Part shown: piece by piece, positions 28,954 through 39,299 of the stretch
Numbering within the stretch: the first letter of the stretch is position 1
Layout: each line of letters opens with the position of its first letter
From: an uncultured Alphaproteobacteria bacterium
GTDB taxonomy: Bacteria; Pseudomonadota; Alphaproteobacteria; Rs-D84
DNA length: 64,000 nucleotides
Assembly (NCBI GenBank): GCA_964017835.1
Contig: CAXHMP010000001.1
Coordinates: 9,820-73,819 of the forward strand
Reading direction: 5' to 3'
The notes under the pieces: generated by a model
What the model was told of the DNA's origin: nothing
Databases searched by the model: none
What the model saw: only the letters and a program-made list of their open reading frames with translations
Position numbers and translations under genes: made by a program

Positions 28954-28988
28954 AACCCCGTAGCCCACAGGTCACGCATAAACCTGTG
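28954..28988 (+). terminator. Strong rho-independent terminator (terminator 2)
   Basis: 9-bp stem cccacaggt/acctgtggg followed by T7. Confidence 0.65.
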
Positions 28989-29114
28989 GGATTTTTTTGC
29001 AAGGTGGGGTTTGGTTTGCGTTATATACAGATACAGACAATGTTTTCTCGCCCCGATTTAACACAATCGGGGTTTTCCTTTTTTACCCACCTTGCACCAA
29101 GTAGTAAAAAAATC

Positions 29115-29453
29115 ATGACGACAATCAGCAATCTTAAACCGGCGCGAACCAAGGCCGAAGCAAGGGAACGTGGCGCAAATGGCGGAAAAAAATCCGGCCA
29201 GGCGCGGCGCGAAAAAAAACTTATGCGCGAGGCCCTGGAAAAACGTATCGGCGCATCGCTGGACGCGGTTACTCAGGCACTGATTGATAAGGCCGCAACT
29301 GGTGACGTTCGTGCATATGAGGTCATCCGCGACACGTTGGGCGAAAAGCCGACTGACAAAGTTCAGATTGCAGGGCTGATTGAGCGCAGCGAGGCCGAGG
29401 AACTTGAAAATGAAATCTTATTCCCAGGCGGAAAGACGCAAGGCCGCACTTAG
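29115..29453 (+). CDS. Putative terminase small subunit
   Basis: Basic, HTH-like N-terminus. Its position directly upstream of, and overlapping, the large terminase supports the call. Confidence 0.4.
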   Translation: MTTISNLKPARTKAEARERGANGGKKSGQARREKKLMREALEKRIGASLDAVTQALIDKAATGDVRAYEVIRDTLGEKPTDKVQIAGLIERSEAEELENEILFPGGKTQGRT

Positions 29454-30711
29454 CTTTATTTTCGGCCGTCCGGTGGAATTGTTGCACCGTCTGGGACTGC
29501 CCGATACGACAGAAATGCATGGCCAGTGGCTGGTGGATTACCTGCGCAATTCCGACGAATTGACAATCATGGCCCACCGCGAGGCGTTTAAGACGTCAAT
29601 CCTATGTGTTGGCCTGGCCTTGAAACTGATTTTGTTTCCGCGTCGCAATCTGGGATTTTTCCGCAAGACCGACGATAAGGTGCGCGAGATTATACGTGGG
29701 ACACAACGGCATTTACGCACGCCGTTGCTGATAACCCTGTCGGATATGATTTGGGGATTTCCTATTGAGATGACCCGGGCAACGGATAATGAAATAGACA
29801 CCAATTACTATGTGCCGACAAAGGGCGAGGTTGCGCTTTATGGGTGTGGAATAAACGGCAGTATAACCAGCCGTCACTTTAACGATGTCACAACTGATGA
29901 TATCGTGGACCAGGACGACCGATATTACGATGCCGAGCGTGTAAAGACGCATCGTTTCCTGGACGAACTGGAAAATACGCAAAATCGTGGCGGGGTGCGT
30001 GCGAATTTTTGCACACCGTGGCACCGGAACGACGCGACAACGCGATTCCGGAATATCAAAAAGTTTCCAGCTAGCATGACGGGCTTGTTTACGTCGGCCC
30101 AGTTGCAACAAAAGCAACGCGCAATGGCCCCGGAGCTGTATGCGATAAATTACGAACTGGACCTGTCAGCGGCGAATGAATCTTTGTTCGCAAAACTGAC
30201 GCGCAAAGACGAGTGGAATCCGAACCGTGAGGTATTTGCATATCTTGACCCGTCACACAAGGGCGGCGACTACACCGCGCTGTGTATTGGCGCAATGTGC
30301 TTTGAACGTTTGCAAATTACCGGGTTTGTTTGGAAAAAGCCTTATTATGAAATCTTTGATAATGGGGACTTGGAAAAATATTGCATGTATCTGGGAGTCC
30401 AGGACCTGACGATAGAGACGAACGGGGTCGGCGATATGCCGGTGCGCCTGGCGCGAAAAATCAGTCGCGAGCGCATGGGGGGGCTGATGGCGGTGCACGG
30501 TATAAACCATACGGACAATAAAATGGCTCGAATCCAGACGGCGGCCGCATTTTGCGATTCCATAGACATCGTCACTTTTGACGACGTTGCGGAAAGTCGC
30601 GAGTTCGCGGCCCAGGTATGTGATTTTGATGCGTCGGCCAAACATGACGACGCCCCAGATTCTGTGGCGGGCGTTATGGAGGCCATGAGATTGATAAGGA
30701 TAAAAAAATAA
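29410..30711 (+). CDS. Terminase large subunit
   Basis: ATPase and nuclease domains of terminase-like architecture. SD gagga lies before the ATG at 29410. Confidence 0.8.
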   Translation: MKSYSQAERRKAALSFIFGRPVELLHRLGLPDTTEMHGQWLVDYLRNSDELTIMAHREAFKTSILCVGLALKLILFPRRNLGFFRKTDDKVREIIRGTQRHLRTPLLITLSDMIWGFPIEMTRATDNEIDTNYYVPTKGEVALYGCGINGSITSRHFNDVTTDDIVDQDDRYYDAERVKTHRFLDELENTQNRGGVRANFCTPWHRNDATTRFRNIKKFPASMTGLFTSAQLQQKQRAMAPELYAINYELDLSAANESLFAKLTRKDEWNPNREVFAYLDPSHKGGDYTALCIGAMCFERLQITGFVWKKPYYEIFDNGDLEKYCMYLGVQDLTIETNGVGDMPVRLARKISRERMGGLMAVHGINHTDNKMARIQTAAAFCDSIDIVTFDDVAESREFAAQVCDFDASAKHDDAPDSVAGVMEAMRLIRIKK

Positions 30712-31751
30712 TGGCAAGTTTTTCCGAAAAAATCACTGCAGGATTCAGTCGATTGTGTGGCCGTGCGGATGCTGAGGCATCCATATCGGACGTTCCGTAT
30801 CCTTTTGTTGTGGAAATGGATGCAGAAACCTTTATGAAACTGAAGATTGAGGGGCTGTATTCGCGTATTTTGCGCGATTGTATAAAGCGGTCGGTCTGGA
30901 CTCATAAGGACAAGGACGCCATCGAACGCAGTTTTTACGACTGTTTTGAAAATAGCGAGAATAATTGCGGCTTGGTGGGCTTTATAGCCAAAGCAATGTA
31001 TGCACGAAAATCTAAAACATTGGTTTGGGTTGACGGAGTTTTGCGCGAGGCAACCCGTGACGAGGCAAAAACAATCAAAGAAGATTATGTAAACATTGCC
31101 AAATCTGATAAAGGCGTCATTATCAATTTTAAAGACTATGAACTGACTCAAAAATTGCGGCTTTATTTTCGACAAATGTATGAGGTCAATATGGCCCGAA
31201 GCACTGCTGTAAATGTCGCCGCAGCGCTGAAAATCCAGATTGATAAACTGCGGGAAATGGTCGCAAATTCTGATGCGGACCAGGCGATAAAGCAAGCGCG
31301 ACAAATTGCAGAGGCCCTGAAGAAAGGACGGGCGGTGGTGGTTGACGGCATGGACAAGATTGAGGGCTTGTCGTCTATAAATACAGAACCATTGATTGTG
31401 GCGCGCGATGAAATATATTCCGAAATTGCGCAGGATACAGGATTGCCAACATCATATATATCTGGTGTGGCGACAACCGGGGCATCGGTCATCGGTGATG
31501 CTGATATCAACCGTGAGGCAGAGGGCATAGAGCCATACTGGCTGTCAATCTGGAAACCAATCGTCACAAATTTGTATGGAATTCAATCTATGGGATACCG
31601 GACTGACAAATGGCGGGCATTGGAGTCAAAAGTTCGCAGTGTTTCTATGATTGAAACATTGGACACCCTGACAGAAGAAGAAAAGCGGGAATTTGCCGCT
31701 AAAACCTTGGAATTAGATAATGCCCCGCAGGATGAAAAACAAAAAGTTTAA
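30711..31751 (+). CDS. Putative portal protein
   Basis: Located between the terminase and the MuF-like gene. Only 346 aa, so the call is tentative. Confidence 0.45.
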   Translation: MASFSEKITAGFSRLCGRADAEASISDVPYPFVVEMDAETFMKLKIEGLYSRILRDCIKRSVWTHKDKDAIERSFYDCFENSENNCGLVGFIAKAMYARKSKTLVWVDGVLREATRDEAKTIKEDYVNIAKSDKGVIINFKDYELTQKLRLYFRQMYEVNMARSTAVNVAAALKIQIDKLREMVANSDADQAIKQARQIAEALKKGRAVVVDGMDKIEGLSSINTEPLIVARDEIYSEIAQDTGLPTSYISGVATTGASVIGDADINREAEGIEPYWLSIWKPIVTNLYGIQSMGYRTDKWRALESKVRSVSMIETLDTLTEEEKREFAAKTLELDNAPQDEKQKV

Positions 31752-32253
31752 GACCGTCGGCCGGTTTATGCCGGATGAATTTTTGGACGAGGTATTGCCG
31801 CCAAAAGTTTGGAAAAAGAACTTTCTGTCTGGCAATTTGAATGACTTGGGCGTCCAAAAACGCATCGTTAAAACGTTGGTGGCAGGTTCTGCAATATCGC
31901 AAAAAGACCTGTCAATGACGATTGACAATGTGCTGGTTGGCTATAAACGTCGCGGCAAGATGTTATCTGCCGCCGGTGTCAAAGCCTATAAGGCCGCCGC
32001 AATCAATGATGAAACGTTGCTTAAACAGCGCGTCCGTGATGCGGTTGTGTCTGCCCAGGTTAAATCCGAGATAAAACAGCATCGCGGCGGATATTATCGC
32101 TGGTTGCCGAGTTCGGCAGAAAATCCAGACCCAGAGCACCAGGTGCTTTACGGCCATGTCTTTCGTGTCGGCGAGGGCGACAAAGACGGCAATATGCCGG
32201 GCGAACGCTGGGGATGTCAATGCGGCATTGAGTGGCTGGTTGAGGACAAGTAA
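31720..32253 (+). CDS. Phage Mu F-like (SPP1 gp7) head morphogenesis protein
   Basis: C-terminal motif HQVLYGHVF...PGERWGCQCG. Confidence 0.6.
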   Translation: MPRRMKNKKFKTVGRFMPDEFLDEVLPPKVWKKNFLSGNLNDLGVQKRIVKTLVAGSAISQKDLSMTIDNVLVGYKRRGKMLSAAGVKAYKAAAINDETLLKQRVRDAVVSAQVKSEIKQHRGGYYRWLPSSAENPDPEHQVLYGHVFRVGEGDKDGNMPGERWGCQCGIEWLVEDK

Positions 32254-32275
32254 AACGCAAAAAAGGAGTATTTTC

Positions 32276-32878
32276 ATGGCGTTAGAACAGGAGGATCTGG
32301 ATAAAATTCAGGAAATGGTAAAAACAACCGTCTCGGCGATTGTTGGCACGTCGGAAAAAGCCGGCGGCAACGATGACGATGACCCGGACGATGTTCAAAA
32401 GCAAGCTGCCAAAGCCGCCGCGGCCGAGGCCGCAATGAAAGCGCGCGAGGCTGAAATCGCTGATAGCGTAAAATTCAACAGTATAATCAATGGGTTTGTC
32501 AAAGAAAATATCGACGCTTTTGGTGGGGCGACTGGCGAAAAGCTGCTGGAATTGTTGCAGGAAAACACGAAAAACGAAAATGTCGTTGACCGTGCAAATA
32601 TGTTTCGCAAGTCTTTTATTGACCAGTTCATTGCAAAACAGGCCAATATTGATATTTTGCCGTCCGGGGCTCGTGATGTTATTGAAAAGTATCGCGGCCT
32701 GACAGATGCAGACAAACGCGCACAGTCAGCAAAAATATGGACTGTTATTGAATCTGGCCTGGAAATAGAACGACAAGTAAAAAAGGCAAAACAGTTAGCG
32801 ATTGCCCGTGCCACCGGTTCGGATTCAGTCAATGAGATTCCAAAGCATATTTTGGTGCCGAAATCCAAAAATGCGTAA
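32276..32878 (+). CDS. Putative scaffolding protein
   Basis: Acidic, Ala/Lys-rich coiled-coil. SD aaggag upstream. Confidence 0.45.
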   Translation: MALEQEDLDKIQEMVKTTVSAIVGTSEKAGGNDDDDPDDVQKQAAKAAAAEAAMKAREAEIADSVKFNSIINGFVKENIDAFGGATGEKLLELLQENTKNENVVDRANMFRKSFIDQFIAKQANIDILPSGARDVIEKYRGLTDADKRAQSAKIWTVIESGLEIERQVKKAKQLAIARATGSDSVNEIPKHILVPKSKNA

Positions 32879-32913
32879 GAATAAATTTTCAACAAAAAAG
32901 AAAGGATAAATAC

Positions 32914-33363
32914 ATGGCTATTGTATTGGGTAGCCCTTACACTCGCGGTAAAAGCGATGTTGTTGGGTCTTATAAATTGGTGGGTGCTGATAATGGCGCA
33001 GCAACACAGATTGAAGAGGGGCTGATTGTTGGGTTGTCGGGCGATTCCGAACATGTGGCAATCGGTGGGCATCTGGGGGTCGTAGGTCGTGGAAACGGGA
33101 AAGAGTCCGTCGCGGTTGTAGAATCCGGAAAAAATGTTTGGGCTCAGGCAGATGCCTCAATCGGAACTCCGGCAATCGGTGCAACCGTTTTCGTAACGCC
33201 AGCTGGCAAAGTGTCGGATACCGATGACTCCAACGCGAACGAGGCAACAGCGGCGACATTTGCCAGTGTAGAGGTCCGTGATGACGGCGTTACTACTAAC
33301 ATTAAAGGCAAAGAAGCATATAACCGCAAGTGTGTATGTATCAACATGCTGGGCGGTATGTAA
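32914..33363 (+). CDS. Gly-rich head-associated protein (decoration or protease-like, uncertain)
   Basis: Located between the scaffold and capsid genes. Confidence 0.3.
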   Translation: MAIVLGSPYTRGKSDVVGSYKLVGADNGAATQIEEGLIVGLSGDSEHVAIGGHLGVVGRGNGKESVAVVESGKNVWAQADASIGTPAIGATVFVTPAGKVSDTDDSNANEATAATFASVEVRDDGVTTNIKGKEAYNRKCVCINMLGGM

Positions 33364-33563
33364 TCAAAAAAGGTGCGCCTATGAGCAAGCAAACAAAGCC
33401 GGGCGATGATGCGCCGGCTTTAATAAATAAAAACCAGTCCGCATCAATTATAAACCAGCGGCCGGAACAGAATAACCCCGCGCCGGAACGGCCGCCAATC
33501 GTATTGCCCAAAGCAACCGCGCGAGCATTAAAAAAACAAATTTTCTATAAAAGGTAAAAAAAG

Positions 33564-34475
33564 ATGTCAGATAAAAGAGATGTTGAGTTGACAGTTGAAG
33601 AATATCGTGAGCTGATTGTTCCGTCTTATCAATCGGTTACGGCGAAAATTATGGCGCACTATCAAAATCAGATTCGCGTTCATTCGTTCAACACAAAGAA
33701 AGTTATTTCCAAAAAAGATTTACTGGACACAAAAAGCATTGTGCCGACGGTTTTCAATGTCGAGGCGTCAGAAGTAAATCATGCGAAATTTTTCCCGGTA
33801 GGCGATACCTTTACGGCGGTCGGAATGTATCAGGGATTCCGTGTATCCCAAATGCAGGAGGGTAGCAGCCGCCAGTCAAATCACAATGCTATCATGCGTG
33901 AATTGACTATTGCGTGGGATAGCGCGAATCTTGTTGGCAATTTTGGCAATAAAGGCTTGTTAAAACATTATCCGGACGACCCGTTGCGTGTAAAAATTGA
34001 TGATGCGACATTGCCAAAACGCGATGCTGCGTTTGAGGTGCGTGCAAAGGCCGCAAAGGACCTGGGTAGCAAAATGAAAAGTAAAATCGATGCTACATCT
34101 GCCTCTGAGGACTTGATGTTGTTGGTATATGGCGAAAAGTTACAGGAATACATGACCGACACAAATTCCGCAACCGATGTAGCGACACTGTATGGTTATT
34201 TGTTGAAAGGTTTCGGAACAAAAAGAGTTGAAATTGTTGAAGTTCCGGCGCTGGCGCTGCGCAATACAGACCTGGCTAACGAATGTGGCTTTACGTTGAT
34301 TTCCAATGGCACTCAGGAAATGGATACCACAGGGTATCCGGATTTGGATAAGGTCGGAACGTCAGAATCTGAAAATGGCGATTATGACTGGTCGCGCTTT
34401 AAGGTCGGGTCGGTGCAGACGCAAACCAATACAGAGGGCGGAATTATCAACCAGAAAGTAAAATTTGCCTCGTAA
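33564..34475 (+). CDS. Putative major capsid protein
   Basis: 303 aa, directly after the scaffold region and before the head-tail genes. Confidence 0.5.
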   Translation: MSDKRDVELTVEEYRELIVPSYQSVTAKIMAHYQNQIRVHSFNTKKVISKKDLLDTKSIVPTVFNVEASEVNHAKFFPVGDTFTAVGMYQGFRVSQMQEGSSRQSNHNAIMRELTIAWDSANLVGNFGNKGLLKHYPDDPLRVKIDDATLPKRDAAFEVRAKAAKDLGSKMKSKIDATSASEDLMLLVYGEKLQEYMTDTNSATDVATLYGYLLKGFGTKRVEIVEVPALALRNTDLANECGFTLISNGTQEMDTTGYPDLDKVGTSESENGDYDWSRFKVGSVQTQTNTEGGIINQKVKFAS

Positions 34476-34495
34476 GCAAAAAAGGGGGTGTTGAC

Positions 34496-34738
34496 ATGCC
34501 AAATAATCAAAATATCGAGCGTGACGAAATTGATATCGTCCTGGCGCGCATTGGGGAATCATTTCTGACAGATGCCGAATGGGCAAATATCCGTCCTTAT
34601 CATTGGCGACAGGATTTGCAAGATGTCTTGCGCGCGCGCGGCGTTGTTGGCAACCCCCTAGCAGACTGGCAGAGAGAAATTGATGCCGCGGCAGAGCCCA
34701 AAAGAAAATCCGAAGTATTCATTGGGGCCGCGTTATGA
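34496..34738 (+). CDS. Head-tail connector/hypothetical
   Basis: Small ORF in the structural operon. Confidence 0.3.
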   Translation: MPNNQNIERDEIDIVLARIGESFLTDAEWANIRPYHWRQDLQDVLRARGVVGNPLADWQREIDAAAEPKRKSEVFIGAAL

Positions 34739-35202
34739 AAATCAAGCATATTGACCCGCTGTTCACACAGGATGACTTAAAGTGTGCGCGTGCCGAGGTC
34801 GGTATTTTGGATGGCGATGCATCCGAGGCGCTGGCAAAGCGCGGATTAAAAACTTTTTGGGGAGGCCAGGCCATGAAAGTCGGCGGCACGGCGCATATTA
34901 CAATCGCTGAGGTCGCCGGATTTAATGACAAAAAATACGACTGGTTTGATTATACCATTGAAAACGACGACCGGGCATTGATTGATGTTACGGCGGCAAT
35001 GGCTGAACAAATTGCGTCCAATAACGCCCAAAGTCAGCGGCGATATTTAAATGCTCTGTCGGCCTGGTTGCGCAATCCAATAACACTGCGCAAATTCGGC
35101 AATAATGAGCCTAGATACGTTCGCTGGAAAGGGTTTGACTGGGTTATGGTTCGGACCGGGCGTATGTTTAACAGTGTAAAAGCAAGGCTGACAGATGTAT
35201 AA
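34735..35202 (+). CDS. Head-tail adaptor/hypothetical
   Basis: Translationally coupled ORF. Confidence 0.3.
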   Translation: MKIKHIDPLFTQDDLKCARAEVGILDGDASEALAKRGLKTFWGGQAMKVGGTAHITIAEVAGFNDKKYDWFDYTIENDDRALIDVTAAMAEQIASNNAQSQRRYLNALSAWLRNPITLRKFGNNEPRYVRWKGFDWVMVRTGRMFNSVKARLTDV

Positions 35203-35617
35203 AAAAGCACTGACAAAAAAAATCAAGGGCATTTTCGGCTTTACACAGGTCATATATGGGACACCGGTTGGAACAAAAACCCAAAATTGTGCCTGGGTCA
35301 TTCCTGATTCGCCGACAGAAAGCATAATCGGCGACAAAAGAACGTTTTTCGTCACTGGCGAGATTGTGGTTATCAATCCTATGGAGTCTATGCCCGTGGG
35401 GCGCTTATATGAAAAATACCAACTATCAAAAGATAAAAGTCCGGGCGTATTTCGTATAACCAGTCGTATATCGGAGGGGTTTGACCGCGGGGCGAACCAA
35501 CTGACGGCACACAAATTTGATTTCATGTTTGAAATTACAGAACAATATAATCCACCAAAAAAATTAAAAGGTTTGCGGTGGATTTACAACATTATAGGAA
35601 AAAAGAAAAATGTCTGA
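35195..35617 (+). CDS. Tail completion/hypothetical
   Basis: Coupled ORF. Confidence 0.3.
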   Translation: MYKKALTKKIKGIFGFTQVIYGTPVGTKTQNCAWVIPDSPTESIIGDKRTFFVTGEIVVINPMESMPVGRLYEKYQLSKDKSPGVFRITSRISEGFDRGANQLTAHKFDFMFEITEQYNPPKKLKGLRWIYNIIGKKKNV

Positions 35618-36527
35618 CAGATTATTGGATTATTTTTTCAAGGTCACGTTGTCAGTTGCGCCCGCATTGGCTAACAAAGGATATTTACACAATGCCTTGA
35701 TTATCGTAAAGGCCAACAGTGTGACTGCAACGGGGGAACAGGTATTTGTTGAAAATGCCGCCCAACTTGCAGAATATACTGACGATAAAGCGCCTGCAGA
35801 ATATTTATCCGCCAGTTCTCAGGGGGCGTATATTTTGCCCGTGGCTGATTTGTCTGAGGCCGAGGCTGTCGTTTCGGAGTGGGCAGACGGATTTACGGTC
35901 TTGTTTGGCAGTGATTACACTGATACAGAATTAAACACTTTTGACAAGGGCGAGTTTAAGGGTGTTCTGGGCGCAAATTTTTCCGTCCAGGCAAATGCAA
36001 AAATATTCGGCGCAAAAAAGAATCATGTCGGATGGAACGGCGATATTCGAAATATGTTTTTTACATTTGGCAGTTTGCTGGGCGGCGCAGAATGGCGAAA
36101 TCAGCAGGCCCTGCAATTACCTTATTCAGACACTGTGATGACGGCCGGGCTGGCAGAAAGTAAATTTAACGACCGAGTGTCGTTCGGCATGACATCCGAC
36201 CAGTATGGCACGCGCCTGGGATTATTCTGTGCCGGCGGCGAGGCGATAACCGCCCCGTATGTGATTGAAGAAATCAAAATCATGATGCAGTCCGAATGGT
36301 TGCGGTATGCCGCGGTCAATAATCCGGAATATACAATAACAGGGGTCAAATTGGCCCAGCAAAATTTACAAACGCGAGTTTTAGACAAATATATCCAAAA
36401 AGGTTTGATTCCCAGTGGAACGATTACAATGGATTTGGCGGATGATGATTTTGTTGCCAATGCTGATATCAAGTTCCCGCGCCCGCGTGCATGGTGGCGG
36501 ATATTTGCAACAGTTCAAGCAGAATAA
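35610..36527 (+). CDS. Putative major tail protein
   Basis: 305 aa. It precedes two small chaperone-like ORFs and the tape measure gene. Confidence 0.4.
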   Translation: MSDRLLDYFFKVTLSVAPALANKGYLHNALIIVKANSVTATGEQVFVENAAQLAEYTDDKAPAEYLSASSQGAYILPVADLSEAEAVVSEWADGFTVLFGSDYTDTELNTFDKGEFKGVLGANFSVQANAKIFGAKKNHVGWNGDIRNMFFTFGSLLGGAEWRNQQALQLPYSDTVMTAGLAESKFNDRVSFGMTSDQYGTRLGLFCAGGEAITAPYVIEEIKIMMQSEWLRYAAVNNPEYTITGVKLAQQNLQTRVLDKYIQKGLIPSGTITMDLADDDFVANADIKFPRPRAWWRIFATVQAE

Positions 36528-36543
36528 AAAAGGTGTATAACAA

Positions 36544-36978
36544 ATGTATGATTTTCCTTTACATGATTGCGATTTAAGCATGAACGCTGACGGGGTTGTG
36601 ACTGGCATCCCTGGACTGCACGATATCCCCGAGGCAACTGACCCACGCGGCCACCATTTGACCCGCGGCAATGGCACAACCGAGGATGATGAGGGCATTA
36701 TTTACGTTGAGGGCAACGGGCAACCGATTGAACAAACGTATCTATTCAAGTCGACCAAAGCCATGGGGGATTATTTGCGTCGATTATATAAAGAAAAGAA
36801 GCGCGTAGATTTTTCATTGGTGAACAGAATTACCGGGGCAACGCGCCAGTGGCCGAACGCTATTTTTTCGGCCGAACCCCGCCAGGGGCCGATATCAGAG
36901 GGCGCAGACAGTTCGATTATCAGCCTGAAAATTGAATGTTTTCGCATTATTGACACAGGCACAGAAAAAACAGAGTAA
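36544..36978 (+). CDS. Tail assembly chaperone-like protein
   Basis: Located between the major tail and tape measure genes. Confidence 0.35.
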   Translation: MYDFPLHDCDLSMNADGVVTGIPGLHDIPEATDPRGHHLTRGNGTTEDDEGIIYVEGNGQPIEQTYLFKSTKAMGDYLRRLYKEKKRVDFSLVNRITGATRQWPNAIFSAEPRQGPISEGADSSIISLKIECFRIIDTGTEKTE

Positions 36979-36983
36979 ATTCA

Positions 36984-37376
36984 ATGAAGATGTTGGAGTT
37001 GCGTGGATTAAAAGCCGTCCGTATTTATCAGTTATATCAGCAGATATTGATTGCTTATGCCGTCGTGCCGACGACAAGAGCAAAAAGCATTAAAGACTTT
37101 TTGTGCGGTTTTGAAAATAAAAACGTGGACGAAAAGCGCGATATATTACGGTGCGCGGCCATGTTTTATGATTTTTCTGACGATGACCTTAAAAATATTT
37201 TGGATTTTGCGGTTGTAGAGCCGACCAATATTGAAGCCTCGCAACAAGTTCATCTTATGGCCCCGAACGATATAATCACGACAGTCGCCGATGTGTTATT
37301 GAAATGCAGTGAGATAAAAACTTTTTTCTGGACGGGGAACGAGCAGACAGAATCCCCGACTTTTCAATCAAATTGA
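36984..37376 (+). CDS. Tail assembly chaperone-like protein 2
   Basis: Second small ORF before the tape measure gene. Confidence 0.35.
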   Translation: MKMLELRGLKAVRIYQLYQQILIAYAVVPTTRAKSIKDFLCGFENKNVDEKRDILRCAAMFYDFSDDDLKNILDFAVVEPTNIEASQQVHLMAPNDIITTVADVLLKCSEIKTFFWTGNEQTESPTFQSN

Positions 37377-37451
37377 CCGACACAGCGTTGCGTATGCTCG
37401 ACGCAACGCTGGAAAACATTATCAATGTTGCGATAATAGAGGCGTTAAACA

Positions 37452-38465
37452 ATGGCGAACGAGAAAAAAAAGGTTATTAAAATTGACCCTCAGTTGGATT
37501 CCGCCGGCGCGCGTAAATTGCAAAGCGACGTCAAAAAAACCTTTAAAGCCGGCTCGTCGCAGTTGGAGTCAGGGCTTACAAAAAGTATTGCAAAAATAGG
37601 CACGGCTTTTTTAGGGGCGTTTGCATTTGAAAAAATTATCTCTGGGTTTCAAGATGTTGCAGCCAGTGCGTCGGAAACGACAAAGTCCGTCACAAAGTGG
37701 GCCGACGACTTATCGACAAATGCAAAATTATTTGAAACAACGCCCCAGCAACTGGCGCGACTGTTGACAACCGGTGGCGGCGCAGGTTTAAATGACGACC
37801 AGGTTTATAATGCTATAAATAGGGTCAACGATTATCTGGCAACCCAGCGCGACCTTGATAATCCATATGCCAAGCAGTATTCCAATAATCCAGTAGAGGC
37901 ATTTATTCAATATGTCAATGCTATAAAAAATGAAAAAGACGTATCAAAGCGAAATGCGAGCATAAATGAGGTGTTTGGTAAACGCCAGGCCTTGACTTAC
38001 GCTGATTTTTTGCTGTCGGATTGGGGAGCGCTTAGTAATATAAAATTTACAAGCAATTTCAACGACGAACTGGAACGTGTGGCCTCGTTGAACGATATGT
38101 CGGACCGTATGCGTTCGGACGCTAGGTATACGGACATCTGGCGCAATATGGGAATTACCGATGAAAATAAGATGATAGAGTTGCAAAGACTTTACCAGCA
38201 GGAATTGGACCATGCGTTTCAAAAAAATCGCGCCGCCGCGAATGGCGGATTTACAGCGTCGCGTTTTATGACCGAATTGGGTCATCAGTTAAATCCGGCC
38301 GTAGCCTGGCAGGGGCTTAAAGATGCCGAAAAACGAGGCGTGAAAAATATTTTAAGTGTCTATCCAGACGGTCGGCCGATACCCGTGACACTTGTGAACA
38401 ATAAAGGCAAATCATACACCGATGCAAAAAATGCGCGTCAAAATTCAAAGGGGGTAAACGAATAA
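37452..38465 (+). CDS. Putative tape measure protein (short, 337 aa)
   Basis: Alpha-helical composition. Located after the chaperone pair. Confidence 0.4.
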   Translation: MANEKKKVIKIDPQLDSAGARKLQSDVKKTFKAGSSQLESGLTKSIAKIGTAFLGAFAFEKIISGFQDVAASASETTKSVTKWADDLSTNAKLFETTPQQLARLLTTGGGAGLNDDQVYNAINRVNDYLATQRDLDNPYAKQYSNNPVEAFIQYVNAIKNEKDVSKRNASINEVFGKRQALTYADFLLSDWGALSNIKFTSNFNDELERVASLNDMSDRMRSDARYTDIWRNMGITDENKMIELQRLYQQELDHAFQKNRAAANGGFTASRFMTELGHQLNPAVAWQGLKDAEKRGVKNILSVYPDGRPIPVTLVNNKGKSYTDAKNARQNSKGVNE

Positions 38466-39031
38466 TGTTATTTCAAGATGCTGAACCTCTTTTGATTTTT
38501 AGATTTAAGAAAGCAGAACTGCCATTTACTGGTGGGTTTGACGTTGCGGGGTGGATAAATGAAAAATTGCCGTCATGGATGCAAATTGGCATGCCGATAC
38601 CGTTTGTTTTTAGTAAAGAGGTTGGCTGGGTTGACGACGGCGATACAAATTCCTTTACAATTCGGACTGAGGTCATAGATGATAAGGTTATACAACGCGG
38701 GTTAAATCAAGAGGTGCAGGCACATTTTCGTCTGGAAAAATCAAACGCCGCGGTCCAGGTGTTGATTCCGTTGTTGGAAAAATGCTTTCAATACTTAAAC
38801 AGTAATAGATATTCCTATGATGTTACGTACTTGAACGGCGAGACGCTGATTTTTAATGGGCGCATCAGCGATTTTTCCACCACTCCTAACGCAGACAATA
38901 ACAGCCTGATTGACGTCAATTTTGCCATTACCACCGAGCCACTGGCAACTGGAAATGGCAAATCGGCCAAAACAGAAACAAAAGATAACGGAACGTTGAA
39001 TCTGGGCCCTGGTAGCAAATATACCACATAG
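38465..39031 (+). CDS. Distal tail/baseplate protein (hypothetical)
   Basis: Coupled ORF after the tape measure gene. Confidence 0.3.
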   Translation: MLFQDAEPLLIFRFKKAELPFTGGFDVAGWINEKLPSWMQIGMPIPFVFSKEVGWVDDGDTNSFTIRTEVIDDKVIQRGLNQEVQAHFRLEKSNAAVQVLIPLLEKCFQYLNSNRYSYDVTYLNGETLIFNGRISDFSTTPNADNNSLIDVNFAITTEPLATGNGKSAKTETKDNGTLNLGPGSKYTT

Positions 39032-39041
39032 GTAAAAAAAG

Positions 39042-39299
39042 ATGAAATATAATACCTTTTTTTTAGACTCTATCCTCCCTCCTGAAGATTGCCCGGATAT
39101 TACGCGTAGATGCAACTTGGGCGGTCTGGAAAAAGATTTGCGCGTCATTAAAACGCCGGCGGTTTATGGGGTTGTCGTTGACGGTATATATCTGTCTTTG
39201 GCAGCTGGGAACAACACTTTTGCACGGAGCGATTTTATTTTGATTCGCGATGCTGACGGCAGATATAGGATTGGGGTCAATGAGGATTTATATAACTAA
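39042..39299 (+). CDS. Hypothetical tail protein
   Basis: Small ORF. Confidence 0.25.
   Translation: MKYNTFFLDSILPPEDCPDITRRCNLGGLEKDLRVIKTPAVYGVVVDGIYLSLAAGNNTFARSDFILIRDADGRYRIGVNEDLYN

Noticed and set aside
30345-31567. 319-aa and 134-aa minus-strand ORFs opposite the portal and terminase genes
   Set aside because: They are antisense to tightly coupled late-operon genes and have no RBS. They are composition artefacts.
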